Positions 1-15,627 are shown, counted from the first letter of the stretch. The stretch is DNA of 64,000 bases from Eledone cirrhosa (GCA_964016885.1 OZ024748.1:38254001-38318000), one strand, 5' to 3'. Numbers and translations are program-made. Notes: generated by a model from the sequence alone, not told the origin.

Positions 1-419
1 ATAATAGAATGTAAATATCAATATTCATGAATGAGACATAGATATATAATATGAGAAAATAACTTTGTTCAATAATGACCATATGTTTAGTTTAAAACTG
101 TGAGGTCAATGTACCAAAATCTGAGATAAACCTTCAAAAAATTACCCTATTTATAAAGATACGGAAATATATATGTATATATATACAAAAAAAAGAGAAA
201 GTTATGTCTAACTCTAGTCAATAATATAGACATACACATGACTTTACCTGATCAACTCTTTAATTTCTTGTGTCATAAAAAGAATTTCTTGTGTTATAAA
301 AAATGTCACTATATATATACATACAAAAAAAATATACGATTAATATTCATGTCCTCACATATATGATTACCGTTCATGTATTTAATATTATGCATATCTG
401 TAAGATATACAGAACTATA

Positions 420-477
<58 letters not shown>

Positions 478-2842
478 AGATATCTGCGTGAGTATTCCAG
501 CATCTCTATGCACACATACAGACACATGAACACATAAAATAAAATAAACTCTATAAGCCTTCTATATGCATGTTAATACACATACGGCCTTTGCATAGAG
601 ATAATCAAATATCAATATATCAGCACAGAAACATAAAAAACCTAAAATATTTTCAACACACTATAGAGTATCTCAGGCCAAAAACAATATGCTTCATATA
701 TTTACTACAGAAATCTATCCTTCCAATTTTTCAGACAATATATTGCAAAGTCTTTTAGAAGCAATCAGAGTCAAAAAAGTAAATAAAAAACAAAAATTAT
801 TTAACAAAAATTATTTTAAAGATTTAGAAGACCCAGTGATTCTACGGATGCCCTTATATTTAGTATAGAAATTTATCTTGCGTAAAATTTATTTAATACA
901 TTGGGAGCATATACATTTTAGAGTAGTTTAATTACATCTTTGTTTATATTTATGAAGAAGGTTTAAAAAGAAAAAGGTGAAGGAATCAAAAGATTTATCG
1001 TCAGGTTTCATATATTAATTCAATTTCTTAATTAATTATACTACATTTTAAATTTATATTTATATTTAAACGTTGAGTTCAATCTATGTCTGCAGCAACT
1101 GAATAAATTGCTCCTTAAATTAAGGGAATTTTTGGATTTTAATATAAAGAATATCTCCTCCACACAGAGATTACATGTCTCAGATGAGGAATTAAAAGGA
1201 ATCCCTCTTGAGACAATATTCCAAAACATCGAATACTCAACATTATCTCGTTTAAGTTGCCAGAGTAGGCTTGATAGCGAAGTTGAGGATTTTTTGTTTG
1301 GATCTGTGAAAGAATTCTTATGATTATTGAAGCGAAGTTTAAATTCTGTCGAGGTGGAACCAACATAGTTGAAAGAATTTAAGTTAGTTTTAACATTACA
1401 ATTGTATACTATATTTTTAACTAAGCAATTGTTATTTAACGGACAGTTAGATTTATTTCTACAGTTACAGTTATTTAATTGAATATTGTTTGGGTTATTA
1501 TTGGTATTTTGGTTAGGTTTTAAATTCCTATTATTAATTCTGTTAATATTTTGTGCTAAATTTTTGGTGGACGAGTAAGTTAATTTTATAGTATGTCTAT
1601 TAAAAATTGAGTGATATTTATGTGTTCTAGGGAAGCGTTTGTCAAGAGCATTAAAGAACAGTTTAGCAATATGGGTTTTAATATTTAGTGAAAAAGGGGG
1701 GGCAAACCATATTATATTTCTAGTTCTATTTCTTTTTCGGCTTTTGGAATTATTGTAATGTTTTCTATTATAGTTGTTAATGTTGTTACCGTAATTAAAA
1801 TTATTATTATTTTGGTTAGTTTGCTTATTATTATCGATGTACTTAATTTTATCACTATATCCTGCTCTAGCAAACGCTTCATTGTAATACTGCGCTTTTT
1901 CGTCAAAAATATTTTTATTAGATGAAATTCTTGAAATTCGTTCTTGAACAGAGTTCACTATAGTATTTTTAACAGATCTGGGGTGATTAGAGTTAAAATT
2001 GACATAATTCAAGTTCTCATTTAGTTTGTGAAATGGATAGTGAAGACATGTGTTGAGATTTAGTGTTACATCTAGGAAATTGACTATTCTATGGTTATTC
2101 TCTATTTCTATTTTTAGATTAAGGTAATTAAAAAATTGTATAATTTGTTTTCTTTTTCTATTTAGTTCACAGTTATTATTTTCAATAAGTAAAAGCATGT
2201 CATCACGATATAATCCTCCGGTTACGCCTGGTATTTTTCTATGCAGCGAATTAATTATAAATAGGCCCACAAGGTCCGTTACCTGAGCTGAGTCAGATGA
2301 TCCCATAGTTATGTCGAAATTATTATCTCTATCTGCTCTAGTCCATAGTTGGTTATTAAATTCTATCAATGTTTTCCTTGCCGATAATATAATGTGCATT
2401 TCATTGCTAGTTAGGTCTGTATGTTTAAATGCGTAATTTAGTGCCTTATTCAGTAGATTAGGAGTGATAGATGAATAGTAGTTAGCAATATCAAGTTGAA
2501 TAAACTTATTATTATAATTATATTTAATTTCTTTAAACCACTCAATAACCTCACCAGTCCCCTTCCATAACTTTAAGTAAGGTAAATTATGTAAGTTTTT
2601 AATTTGCTGTATTACCCTGTCTAGAATGTTTTTGCTAAGTTTTCCCAGGTCAGATTTTGATGGTGCAATCAATCTGACTGGCAAATCATTTTCAAAATTT
2701 CTTTTGTGATCTTTCATATTGATCTTGGGTTTCCTAGGCATGAAGGGTTGTGTTTTATTCTCCAAAAACTTGTCGAGTGCTTTATATCAGTTATAAAATA
2801 TTTACTTGTTGTAACCCAACAATTTTAAATAAAACTTTTGCA
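1..2842 (-). mobile_element. PLE copy 1: 3' UTR (1-1040, runs off the window) + ORF + inverted terminal fragment (2761-2842)
   Basis: 1-1040 aligns in reverse with the 3' UTR of the copy at 14457-15700. 2761-2842 matches the 3' terminus of that copy (16243-16322), so it is inverted relative to this ORF. Abuts (TA)n. Confidence 0.85.
1041..2765 (-). CDS. Penelope-like element (Naiad-type) reverse transcriptase + GIY-YIG endonuclease, 5'-truncated
   Basis: 574-aa uninterrupted ORF with PLE RT motifs FIQLDIANYYSSI, FDITMGSSDSAQVTDLVG, GLYRDD, VNFLDVTLNL, YVNFNSNHP; IIWFAPPFS; CNCRNKSNCPLNNNC; IVYNC...YVGST...FKLRFNNH (GIY-YIG); CNLC...CRH. The start is a truncation point, not a real initiator. 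Confidence 0.95.
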   Translation of the reverse strand: MENKTQPFMPRKPKINMKDHKRNFENDLPVRLIAPSKSDLGKLSKNILDRVIQQIKNLHNLPYLKLWKGTGEVIEWFKEIKYNYNNKFIQLDIANYYSSITPNLLNKALNYAFKHTDLTSNEMHIILSARKTLIEFNNQLWTRADRDNNFDITMGSSDSAQVTDLVGLFIINSLHRKIPGVTGGLYRDDMLLLIENNNCELNRKRKQIIQFFNYLNLKIEIENNHRIVNFLDVTLNLNTCLHYPFHKLNENLNYVNFNSNHPRSVKNTIVNSVQERISRISSNKNIFDEKAQYYNEAFARAGYSDKIKYIDNNKQTNQNNNNFNYGNNINNYNRKHYNNSKSRKRNRTRNIIWFAPPFSLNIKTHIAKLFFNALDKRFPRTHKYHSIFNRHTIKLTYSSTKNLAQNINRINNRNLKPNQNTNNNPNNIQLNNCNCRNKSNCPLNNNCLVKNIVYNCNVKTNLNSFNYVGSTSTEFKLRFNNHKNSFTDPNKKSSTSLSSLLWQLKRDNVEYSMFWNIVSRGIPFNSSSETCNLCVEEIFFILKSKNSLNLRSNLFSCCRHRLNSTFKYKYKFKM

Positions 2843-3182
2843 TATATATATATATATATATATATGGTGAGGGAGAGGTGAGAAGAGAGAAAAAGGGAAT
2901 CATTTAATTTACATGGCTGGGTTTTCTAAGAGTTTGGTTCGTGTCCAAATATATATCCAATGTTCACCATTTGTGCCTATAATTGGTCAGTTTTCTTAAT
3001 ATAATGACGCTGATGGTCATTTATATATCTAGTTTAGCTGACCATAACTGAGAATGATTGACCACTGAATACAGCTGAAGTCTTTCCCACCATATCCAGT
3101 ACTCATCATCACCATCAACACTAACATTACCAATATTACGACTAGCACCACCATCACCTTTACCACCACTATCACCTCACCA

Positions 3183-3227
<45 letters not shown>

Positions 3228-3616
3228 ATATATATGCACTCACACGCATATATATATGTGTGTGTATGTATATGTATATATGTATATGTATTTATATGTA
3301 TATATTCTTTCGTTTTGCGATTACAGTTAATCATTTTTCGGTTCTTCTCTTGTTGAGCAATACAAAAACCAGACATAATAACATTTCTTCTCATTAAGCA
3401 ACACATTTTTCGTTTGATCTCACTCTATCACAGTTATTAATATAAAATCGACAGCTTTGCGCACTTAAGACAAGGGAAGATATTCTATAGTGATTTGGTT
3501 TGGGAATGAGCCAATTCGCATCCGAAAGGAATAAGATTTAGAAGAAAATTTTCTCTCAAGTTTTTGCTTCAAATTTCTGCGCAAATTTTTATCAATTTAC
3601 TTCCTCGAGTCTAAAT

Positions 3617-3897
3617 CAGCGTTTCTCAACCTATTTACCCCTGTGGAACCCTTGAAATAGTTTTAAATCAGCGTTTCTCAACCTATTTACCCCTGTGGAA
3701 CCCTTGAAATAGTTTTAAATCAGCGTTTCTCAACCTATTTACCCCTGTGGAATTCTTGAAATAGTTTTAAATCAGCGTTTCTCAACCTATTTAACCCTGT
3801 GGAACCCTTGAAATAGTTTTAAATAGTTGAAATAGTTTTAAATAGTTTTTAATCAGCGTTTCTCAACGTATTTACCCCTGTGGAACCCTTGAAATAG
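3617..3897 (+). repeat. 52-bp tandem repeat of the MITE left terminus (about 5 copies)
   Basis: CAGCGTTTCTCAACCTATTTACCCCTGTGGAACCCTTGAAATAGTTTTAAAT starts at 3617, 3669, 3721, 3773 and 3854. Confidence 0.95.
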
Positions 3898-3935
3898 ATA
3901 AAAATTATTATATACCATTATTAATATCTATCTAA

Positions 3936-4122
3936 GGGCGGTGAATTGGCAGTATCGGTACAGAGTCGGACGCCATGCTTTGACGCATAGAGTTACGGCC
4001 CTTGCCATTCTGAGTTCAAATCCCGCCGAGGTTAACTTTGCCTTTCATCCTTACGGGGTCGATAAAATAAAGTACCAGTAATCTACTGGGTAATTGCTGG
4101 CCTTGTGCCAATGGTAGAAACA
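3936..4122 (+). mobile_element. tRNA-type SINE (family A)
   Basis: A-box-like TGGCAGTATCGG, B-box GAGTTCAAATCC, core ACTTTGCCTTTCATCCTTACGGGGTCGATAAAATAAAGTACCAG, tail GGCCTTGTGCC...TAGAAAC; 18-bp TSD ATTATTAATATCT(A/T)TCTA. Confidence 0.9.
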
Positions 4123-4502
4123 ATTATTAATATCTTTCTATTCTTCTGTTTCTTGCTGGACCCCTAGCGACCTCTTGAGGAATCTTAAGGTTCCGGGGAA
4201 CGCCGGTTGAGAAACACTGGTCTAAATTATAGAACACTTTAACCTAACTCTAATACTGACCCTTATATTGTTTTGTTTTAATGTGTTCCAATGTAGTGGC
4301 TTGAAGGATTACGTGGATCTTCCGGGCGAAGACATTTCTAGAAGTTGCCAGTGTTGGTTTTAAATCCATTAAAATAAATTAATACTCTTCTTTGTTAATA
4401 CTAATAAAAGCCGATGAAATTAATTTAGTACACATTAAAACATTATGGCGGAGATTTACTTAGAAATAAGAAAATAGGTAACAAATATATGAAGTATACA
4501 AG

Positions 4503-4798
4503 TTAGTTGTACATAATGTACTGTTGTATAAGACTTCTAGTCCTTCTGCTGAGTTGTACATAATGTACTGTTGTATAAGACTTCTAGTCCTCCTGCTGAG
4601 TTGTACATGATGTACTGTTGTATAAGACTTCTAGTCCTCCTGCTGAGTTGTACATGATGTACTGTTGTATAAGATTCTAGTCCTCCTGCTGAGTCGTACA
4701 TGATTTACTGTTGTATAAGACTTCTAGTCCTCCTGCTGAGTTGTACATGATGTACTGTTGTATAAGACTTCTAGTCCTCCTGCTGAGTTGGACATGAC
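4503..4798. repeat. ~47-bp minisatellite (about 6 copies)
   Basis: Unit GAGTTGTACATGATGTACTGTTGTATAAGACTTCTAGTCCTCCTGCT. Confidence 0.95.
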
Positions 4799-5390
4799 TT
4801 CCACTCCTGCTACAGAGAGTTGTATACCTAAGGCAAATTGAGGAACTCTTACAGAGCTACGCTTTCCCTGATAATCGTGGGGGATTGAAGAAAGAGGAAG
4901 TTGGTGAAGATGAGAGAGTGGTGTGAGATATGAGCGAATTTTTTATAGAATTCAGTTGACCGTGTCTTAAACGTAAACAATAGGAATTTCAGAACAGCTT
5001 ATGTTAGAAGTGGGGTTTGGGTGTGTCGGGGGTTGGGTGTGTCGGGGGAGGGGGTTGGAGGAGGCTGAGTGGTTAAAGTGTTGATGCACATTAATTCATA
5101 CCAGGAAAATATGAGAAAAACACAAACAGAAATGGACGTAAGTTAATTAATTTAAAAATATAGTGGATTCGTGATTTGAATAAAACAGGAATGAATAAAT
5201 TAGTGAAATGACTTTGGGACTTGGTGGGGGGTGTTGGTAAATAATTGAATATAAAATAACATCAATTAAATTTTAAAATAAATTTAAAAATAAATAAAAT
5301 ATTGACGCATATAGATCAAATTAATACTTTTCTTACCATATTTCTATTTTGAAAATATTTAAGAACTTGTTGTGATTTGGTAATATAATT

Positions 5391-5745
5391 AGGGCAGTGA
5401 ATTGGTAGAGTCGTTAGAACGTCGGATAGAATACTTCGTGGTATAAGTTTCGGTTCTCTGCTCTCTGAGTTCAAATCCCGCCGAGATCAATTTTGTCTTT
5501 CATCCATTCCAGGTCTCTTACTCAGAGAAATAGTTTAAAACAATATCTATTTTCGTATCCCAGCTATTTAATACATGTTATACGTCATATAGGTGGCAAA
5601 TTGTCAGAGTCGTTAAAACCAGATAGAATGCATTGCTGTATTCGTTCCGGCTCTCTGCTCTCTGAGTTCAAATCCCGATGAGGTCAACTTTGCTTTTCAT
5701 CCATTCAAAGTCGATGAAATAAAGTACCAGTCAAGTACTGGGTCC
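5391..5745 (+). mobile_element. Two adjacent diverged SINEs related to family A
   Basis: CTGAGTTCAAATCCCG...TTTCATCCATTC at about 5465 and 5662; the second continues into GTCGATGAAATAAAGTACCAGTCAAGTACTGGG. Confidence 0.75.
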
Positions 5746-6464
5746 ATTCTTCTTCTATATCGCTTTCTCACTTCCATTCTCATACTCTCGCTATCCTTCT
5801 CTGGAAGGAATCTGCTATATTCAGACTTGGAAAGTGTTGGGCTCCGCCAGGCTTAAAATGCCCCAGAAACGCCTTTATACCTAACACGGCGCCCCTGGGA
5901 CTCCATCAAGAGTTACGGAGCCGCACTTTACCATACGAAATGGTTGGAGATAAAGAAGATAGTTTTAAGAATCATATATGGCTGTAAATGTAAGATGTCA
6001 TGAATACAGTGATATCATAGAATGAAACAATAATTATATAAAAGTGTTACGATCATATTACAAAGATTATATGAAGATATAGGAGAGGTTTGAATCTATT
6101 ACGGTGAAGATATCTGGGAAAATTAATAAAGACATTCGGGAAAAAAATACTTGGAAAAAAAAGTTGAAAAATATAAAAAAAATGTAAAACATGTAAAAAT
6201 ATGTAAAAAAAAAAAATGTAAGGAAGTTTGTGAAAATATATAAAATATTTGAGATAAAAATTGAAAGAATTGAAATGAGAAAATAATGGAATAATACGTA
6301 GAAAAATAGAAAAGAAAAATATTAGAGTGGACTAAAGGAGTAAATAATAGAGCGAGGGGGGAGACAGGCGGAGAGAACGAGAGAGAGATAAATACACAGA
6401 ATATATATATATAAAGCAGTGAAGTATATCTCTAATGACTTGATTTTTTATTTCATTGTTTTAA

Positions 6465-6519
<55 letters not shown>

Positions 6520-6623
6520 TCAATATTAAATTAAATTAATTTAAGGGTGCCATGTCAGAGAGACATGCGCTATATCAACTGTAGAATATGCTCCAAGATT
6601 CCAATGAATAGATCCGAGCATTT

Positions 6624-6765
6624 TATATCAACTAGAAATTGATTGACATATATATATATATAAAATAAACACATGAAACAATCACAGAGGATAATTATTC
6701 CCTCTGATTGTTTCATATGTTTATTTTAGATATATATATATGTCAATCAATTTCTAGTTGATATA
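6624..6765. repeat. Near-perfect fold-back (hairpin) between (TA)n tracts
   Basis: ATATCAACTAGAAATTGATTGAC...AATCACAGAGG mirrored by CCTCTGATTG...GTCAATCAATTTCTAGTTGATAT. Confidence 0.9.
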
Positions 6766-6911
6766 TATATCCAGGGAGTGTAACGCGAAGTTGCTGTAGG
6801 TTCACCCAGGCGAGCACTCGATGTTTGGGTTCACATCAGTATCGAGGTATAGAGTTAGACAGAGTGTAATATAATAATACAAGGACGATATATATATATA
6901 TATTGTATTAG

Positions 6912-7001
<90 letters not shown>

Positions 7002-7171
7002 AGTTAATATAAATTAATATATATGATAAAACACAAATACCAACATATAAGTGTTTCTATTGTAAATGACTAAAGTTAGCAGAACGAGTATGCGGCAACT
7101 AGAAACTGGAAAACCATGTGCGTTAAACAGTCTTTTTAAATATTTTGAAGTGAAACATACCAATTGTTCAG

Positions 7172-7299
7172 GGTACTTACTGAGGAGAGCTGAACGGAGT
7201 ATTTTTTCACTTTTTCATCTCGAAACTTATTTGGATTTTGAAGTTTAAACTTATCTACGGAACAGGTTTGATTTTGAAATTTAAATTTGTCTAAGTACC
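7172..7299 (+). ncRNA. Type I hammerhead ribozyme with extended stems II and III
   Basis: Stem I GGTACTTA/TAAGTACC, core CTGAGGA, stem II closed by GAG/CTC, GAAAC, long imperfect stem III, GTC cleavage triplet (7289-7291). Lies inside inverted repeat 6997-7080 / 7395-7475. Confidence 0.75.
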
Positions 7300-7561
7300 A
7301 CGACCATTTGCCAATATCGTTTGTTTTTATTGATTTATTATTTTAAATCGAGACAGACAAACTGTATTATTATAATTAGTATTTTTCAATCTAGCTAACT
7401 TAGTCATTTATAATACAAACACTTATATGTTGGTATTTGTGTTTTATCATATATATTAATTTATATTAACTTGTATTACACGGCTCAGAAATACTTCTTT
7501 CTTTGAGCTATTTCATTGTAAAGGACTACTTGAGTTTAGAACTCATTATTCTTAGTATATA

Positions 7562-7597
<36 letters not shown>

Positions 7598-7869
7598 CAT
7601 ATATATATGTACATATACTATATATGTATGTAATTATACTAAATATATGTACATATATATATATACATATGTATATATATATACATATATATATATATAC
7701 ATATTATATATAGAGTTATAAACTCAAATATTTATTATTTATTATTTTAAATCGAGACAGGCAGACCGTATTATTTTAATTAGTATTTTTCAATCTAGCT
7801 AACTTGGTCATTTGCAATGCGAACACATGTATACTTGTATCAGTGTTTATCCCTATAATATATCCATTT

Positions 7870-9000
<1,131 letters not shown>

Positions 9001-9456
9001 TGAGTGTGGGGGTATTGTGTGTATGTGTGTTTTGAACTAAATCAATGTTTTGTTTATGCCCAGTTCTGTAATTATCGGGATTTGGATTATAGAAAATACG
9101 AGAGAGAGAAAGGACAGGACATACTAATGTCAGTGAGTGAGGGGTTGAAGGAGAGGGGGGGGTATATACGGTAAAACTAGAGAGAGAGTGGGGGGTGATA
9201 AAAGTACTACATAAGACTATTATTTGGCGGTTATCGATCAATTCATTCCCAGATTCTTGGTTTATCGATTCTTTCTGAATAGGACATTACTTTCTTCCCA
9301 CAAATCATGTGTGAAAATATGGTCTGCTCCCCCCGGAAATCATTAATGAGGGGAAAGTGGAGAGAAGTCGAATGTAGCATGATTCCCAGAAACTAGGGGA
9401 AGAATTGGAATAAAATCTGATTGTTTGAATTGTTTTAGCGGAATACACCATTTACA

Positions 9457-10256
9457 GTTCCTCTCAAGTCCCAAACACAACAGTTAAAATATCACATGAT
9501 ATCGTCTGCTTTCCTCTCAAGTCCCAAACACAACAGTTAAATATCACATGATATCGTCTGCTTTCCTCTCAAGTCCCAAACACAACAGTTAAAATATCAC
9601 ATGATATCGTCTGTCTTCCTCTCAAGTCCTAAACACAACAGTTAAAATATTGTTTGATATCGTCTGCTTTCCTCTCAAGTCCTACACACAACAGTTAAAA
9701 TATCACATGATATCGCCTGCTTTCCTCTCAAGTCCTAAACACAACAGTTAAAATATCACATGATATCGTCTGTCTTCCTCTCAAGTCCTAAACACAACAG
9801 TTAAAATATTGATTGGTATCGTCTGTCTTCCTCTCAAGTCCCAAACACAACAGTTAAAATATCACATGATATCGTCTGCTTTCCTCTCAAGTCCCAAACA
9901 CAACAGTTAAAATATCACATGATATCGTCTGCTTTCCTCTCAAGTCCTAAACACAACAGTTAAAATATCACATGATATCGTCTGTCTTCCTCTCAAGTCC
10001 TAAACACAACAGTTAAAATTTCAATGATATCGTCTGCTTTCCTCTCAAGTCCTAAACACAACAGTTAAAATATCACATGATATCGTCTGCTTTCCTCTCA
10101 AGTCCTAAACACAACAGTTAAAATATCACATGATATCGTTTGCTTTCCTCTCAAGTTCTGAACACAACAGTTAAAATTTCAATGATATCGTCTGCTTTCC
10201 TCTCAAGTCCTAAACACAACAGTTAAAATATCACATGATATCGCCTGCTTTCCTCT
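9457..10256. repeat. 53-bp satellite (about 15 copies)
   Basis: Unit TTCCTCTCAAGTCCYAAACACAACAGTTAAAATATCACATGATATCGTCTGCT. Confidence 0.97.
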
Positions 10257-10523
10257 GCTTTCCTCTGTTGAGATATCATCTGATATCGTTTGCTTTACTT
10301 TCAAGTCCTTTTCTTCTTCCAAAATAATTTCGAGTTTCGATATTCATGGTTATATTTTATTAGGTTGAACGGAGAGAAAGAGAGGAAAAAGGACAGGGAA
10401 ACAAACGGACAGACGGACAGACAGAGAGACAGACAGACATGCAGAGAGACAGACAGACATGCAGAGAGACAGGCAGACATGCAGAGACAGACGGATGGGC
10501 AGAGAGATAGACTGATGGGCAGT

Positions 10524-10569
<46 letters not shown>

Positions 10570-11504
10570 GAGACAGACAGGGAGGGAGGGAGATAGACAG
10601 ACAGAGCGATAGGGAGAGAGAGAGAGAGAGAGGTGGGGAGACAGACAGACAGACAGAGAGACTATCATAAAGAGAAACAGATGCACTTATGCCATTATGT
10701 GGTAGGCTTTCTTTTCTGTTTTGATTTGATTATGTTAAATGTAAGATAATTTCAATTTGGAAAGCTTCCATGAGATTATAATGAAAGCCATTAGCATAGA
10801 CTTGTCTTTTACAGACTGTTTAATTCGTGGCAAATGGCGCTTGTCAGAAATCCGATGACGGTTTTGACAGATGATGGTAAAACATTGATAGATATCTTCC
10901 GTATGTCCTTGACAAGACAATCTTGTGTAAAACATCTCCCGGAAATCCATTGAATTTACAACAGACTCGAAATATACAGAAACAACAGACATTGAAAAGA
11001 ACAAATATAGACAATACAATAATATATAAAGAAAACATAATACTAGCGGCAATTGTCTGTGATTTTAAACTGATGAAAGGTTTCTATCTTACAGAGAGAA
11101 ACAGACAGATTCACATACCAACAATATAATATCAAACGTGATAGATCCTCCGTCGGTTTCAACGATGAACAATCAGGTCTTCCTTATACGATGTCACATC
11201 TTATTACCTATAAGACCCCCTTCTCCCCTCAATTGAGATAGAGGATAATGTAATCCTGAAAAAAAAACACTTTGAACACATGATGGGATAATGATGTCTG
11301 CTCAATCATTGCTGAGTTGGGGGCTCAACAACAACAACAACAACAACAACAGTGACAAAGAAAGCTTTTATACACCATTAATAATGGGCTCACATTAAGG
11401 AAACATTAAAGACGGTACAGGACGATACAGTGGGTGGGGGTGTTAAATAAGATTTATAACAGAGACTAAGAGAATAAATATGTAAAACAAAGACAATGAT
11501 AATA

Positions 11505-11757
11505 ATTGTTTCTACTTTAGGTACAAGGCCAGCAATAACCCCCAGTGTATTACTGTAAAAAAATAATAATTGTTTCTACTTTAGGCACAAGGCCAGCAAT
11601 TATCCCAATGCATTACTGGTACTTTATTTTATCGACCCCGCAAGGATGAAAGGCAAAGTCAACCTCGGCGGGATTTGAACTCAGATTGTAAAGGGACGTA
11701 ACTATGCTGGAAAGCATGGCGTCCGACCCTCTACTGATACTGCCAATCCACCGCTTA
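11505..11757 (-). mobile_element. SINE family A with duplicated 3' tail
   Basis: Reverse complement of family A; TTGTTTCTACTTTAGG...AAGGCCAGCAAT occurs twice (about 11506 and 11570). Confidence 0.9.
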
Positions 11758-11883
11758 AAACAAAATAATAATATTAGTGTTGTTCTCCATATTTTCCAGG
11801 TCATCCTGCCATGGACGTCCGGCCCGTTCTCCTTGCTCAACCGACAGAGCCTTACATTAGAACGTCATTGACAGTTGGTGAAG

Positions 11884-12010
11884 ATGTTCGGCCAATCAAC
11901 AGCCCTTCTCACCAACACAACAACAACCCTTACCATCATCATCATCATCCTATGTGCCTCCAGTATTGCTGAGGTTATCTCGCAGGACGACTTCTGTTTC
12001 AGAAATTCTT
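11884..12010 (+). CDS. Candidate first coding exon of an unknown, possibly secreted protein ([42 protein letters not shown])
   Basis: Acceptor TTTTCCAG at 11799, donor GTAAGT at 12011, signal-peptide-like hydrophobic run; phase 1 joins the 19195 exon in frame (T|GT = Cys). Confidence 0.4.
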
Positions 12011-12063
12011 GTAAGTAGACAGGAGACAGTAGATATTTTTTCACCTCTTTCACTCCATTATCT

Positions 12064-12134
<71 letters not shown>

Positions 12135-12135
12135 G

Positions 12136-12197
<62 letters not shown>

Positions 12198-12198
12198 C

Positions 12199-12301
<103 letters not shown>

Positions 12302-12302
12302 C

Positions 12303-12333
<31 letters not shown>

Positions 12334-12392
12334 TATTTCATTTCTGAATTTGTTTAGCAAGATTCTTTATCTGAAAACGTGTGTTGAAACCG

Positions 12393-13176
<784 letters not shown>

Positions 13177-13970
13177 GATATTAAATAAATGGAAACTATA
13201 TTTATAAAACAATATTTATTTCATTATACATATTTCAGGGATACCAAATTAAAATATGGTATGCCTTCATCAGACAAAATACAATATATAAACAGTTTTA
13301 TAAATAATTTTGACGTACCCTATTAAATGCAACCATTATTTTTGGAAGCTGTCTGCATAGTGAAGTGTTTATATTAGTTATAGTGTTAAGCACAATTAGA
13401 AAAAGACGGAGAGAAAGAAAAAACGGAGAGAGAGAAGGAGAGAGAAAGAAGGAGAGAGAGAAAAATAAAACCTGGAGAAATATCGGAGAGAGAGAGAGAA
13501 ATGTATGTAGAAAAGAAAGTGATAAATAGATAGGAGGAAATAAAAAAGAAAGAACAAAGGAAGAAATAAGAAAAACAAAGGAAAGGAACAGAGAGATAAT
13601 AAGTGATCATACAGAAAGAAAAACTCAAGAGAGAGAAAATACTATATAGAGAGAGGGGGGATAGTGACAACTTTACGTCATGTCATATTAAGTTGAGTTA
13701 ACAATTTATATGAAATGAATAATAAAAATATAAATATCAATATTCATGAATGGGACATAGATATATAATATGAGAAAATAACATTGTTCAATAATGACCA
13801 TATGTTTAGTTTAAAAACTTGAGGTCAATATACCAAAATCTGAGTTAAAACCTTCAAAATAAGAACCCTATTTATAAAAATCAGGATACAAATATGTATA
13901 TATATATATACACATATGTACGTCCTGAAAATAGAAATTATGTCTACTCAAGTCAATAATATAGACACAC

Positions 13971-14456
13971 AATTTAAAACCTAACCAAAATACCAATAAT
14001 AACCCAAACAATATTCAATTAAATAACTGTAACTGTAGAAATAAATCTAACTCTCCGTTAAATAACAACTGCTTAGCTAAAAATGTAGTGTACAATTGTA
14101 ATGTTAAAACTAATTTAAATTCTTTCAACTATGCTGGTTCCACCTCGACAGAATTTAAACTTCGCTTCAATAATCATAAGAATTCTTTCACAGATCCAAA
14201 CAAAAAATCTTCAACTTCGCTATCTAGCCTACTCTGGCACCTTAAACGAGATAATATTAAATATTCGATGATTTGGAATATTATTTCAAAAGGTACTCCT
14301 TTTAATTCCTCTTCAGAAAATTGTGATCTTTGTATAGAAGAAATATTCTTTATATTAAAGTCCAAAAATTCCCTTAATTTAAGGAGCAATTTATTCAGTT
14401 GCTGCAGACATAGATTGAACTCAACGTTTAAATATAAATATAAATTTAAAATGTAG
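13971..14456 (+). pseudogene. PLE GIY-YIG endonuclease fragment
   Basis: ...NCNCRNKSNSPLNNNCL...YAGSTSTEFKLRFNNH...CDLCIEE...CCRHRL; 5'-truncated. Confidence 0.9.
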
Positions 14457-15444
14457 TATAATTAATTAAGAAATTTAGTTAATATATGAAACCTGTTGAT
14501 AAATCATTAGATTCCTTCACCTTTTTCATTTTAAACTTTTCTTCCTAAATATAAACAAGGATATAATAAACTACTCTAAAATGTATATGCTCCCAATGTA
14601 TTAAATAAAATATACGTAAGATAAATTTCTATACTAAATATAAGGTTATCCGTAGAATCACTGGGTCTTCTAAATCTTTTAAATTATTTTTGTTTTTTTA
14701 TTTGTTTTGACTCTGATAGCTTCTAATAACTTTCATATGTCTACCCTTTCAATATCTTGTTTGAGATATAGGTAGGATAAATTTCTATACTAAATATATA
14801 AAACATATTATTTTAACTTGAGATACTCTATAGTGTTTTAAAGATATTTAATGCTTTGATATTTCTATATTAATATATTGATATCTGATTATCTCTATAC
14901 AAATGCCATATGTGTGTATTAACATGCATATAAAAGTATTATAGGGTCTATTTATGTGTTTGTGTATATGTCTGTATATATACATGAACGATGCTGGAAG
15001 ACTCACGCAGATATTTATTTATACATATGTATGTGTATATGTGTAAGTGTGTGTATATGTGATGTATGTTGCAGATATGCATAATATTAAATACATGAAC
15101 GGTAATCATATATATGAGGACATGAATATTAATCGTATATTTATGTATATATACTGTGAAATTTTTATAACACAAGAAATGTATAGCAGTGATCAAGTGA
15201 AATCATTTGTGCCTTGTGTGTCTATATTATTGACTTGAGTAGACATAATTTCTATTTTCAGGACGTACATATGTGTGTATATATATATACATATTTGTAT
15301 CCTGATTTTTATAAATAGGGTACTTTTTTTGAAGGTTTTAACTCAGATTTTGGTATATTGACCTCAAGTTTTTAAACTAAACATATGGTCATTATTGAAC
15401 AATGTTATTTTCTCATATTATTATGATAATTTTTATTTTTTTTT

Positions 15445-15627
15445 AGTGGATTGGCAGTATCGGTAGAGGGTCGGACGCCATGCTTTGACGCATTGAGTTA
15501 CGGCCCTTGCCATTCTGAGTTCAAATCCCGCCGAGGTTAACTTTGCCTTTCATCCTTACGGGGTCGATAAAATAAAGTACCAGTAATACACTGTGTAATT
15601 TCTGGCCTTGTGCCAAAAGTAGAAACA
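15445..15627 (+). mobile_element. SINE family A inserted in PLE 3' UTR
   Basis: Family A sequence; flanking direct repeat GTTATTTTCTCATATTAT (15404-15421 and 15628-15645); absent from the inverted arm. Confidence 0.9.

Larger units (their letters stand above)
3617..4219. mobile_element. hAT-type MITE with amplified left end and nested SINE
   Basis: TIRs CAGCGTTTCTCAACC / GGTTGAGAAACACTG; 8-bp TSD GTCTAAAT at 3609-3616 and 4220-4227. Confidence 0.85.

Noticed and set aside
3390-4950. Minus-strand gene (TATA-like at about 4945, mini-exon MDLKPTLATSRNVFARKIH at 4313-4369)
   Set aside because: No stop-free spliced continuation found; too weak to call.
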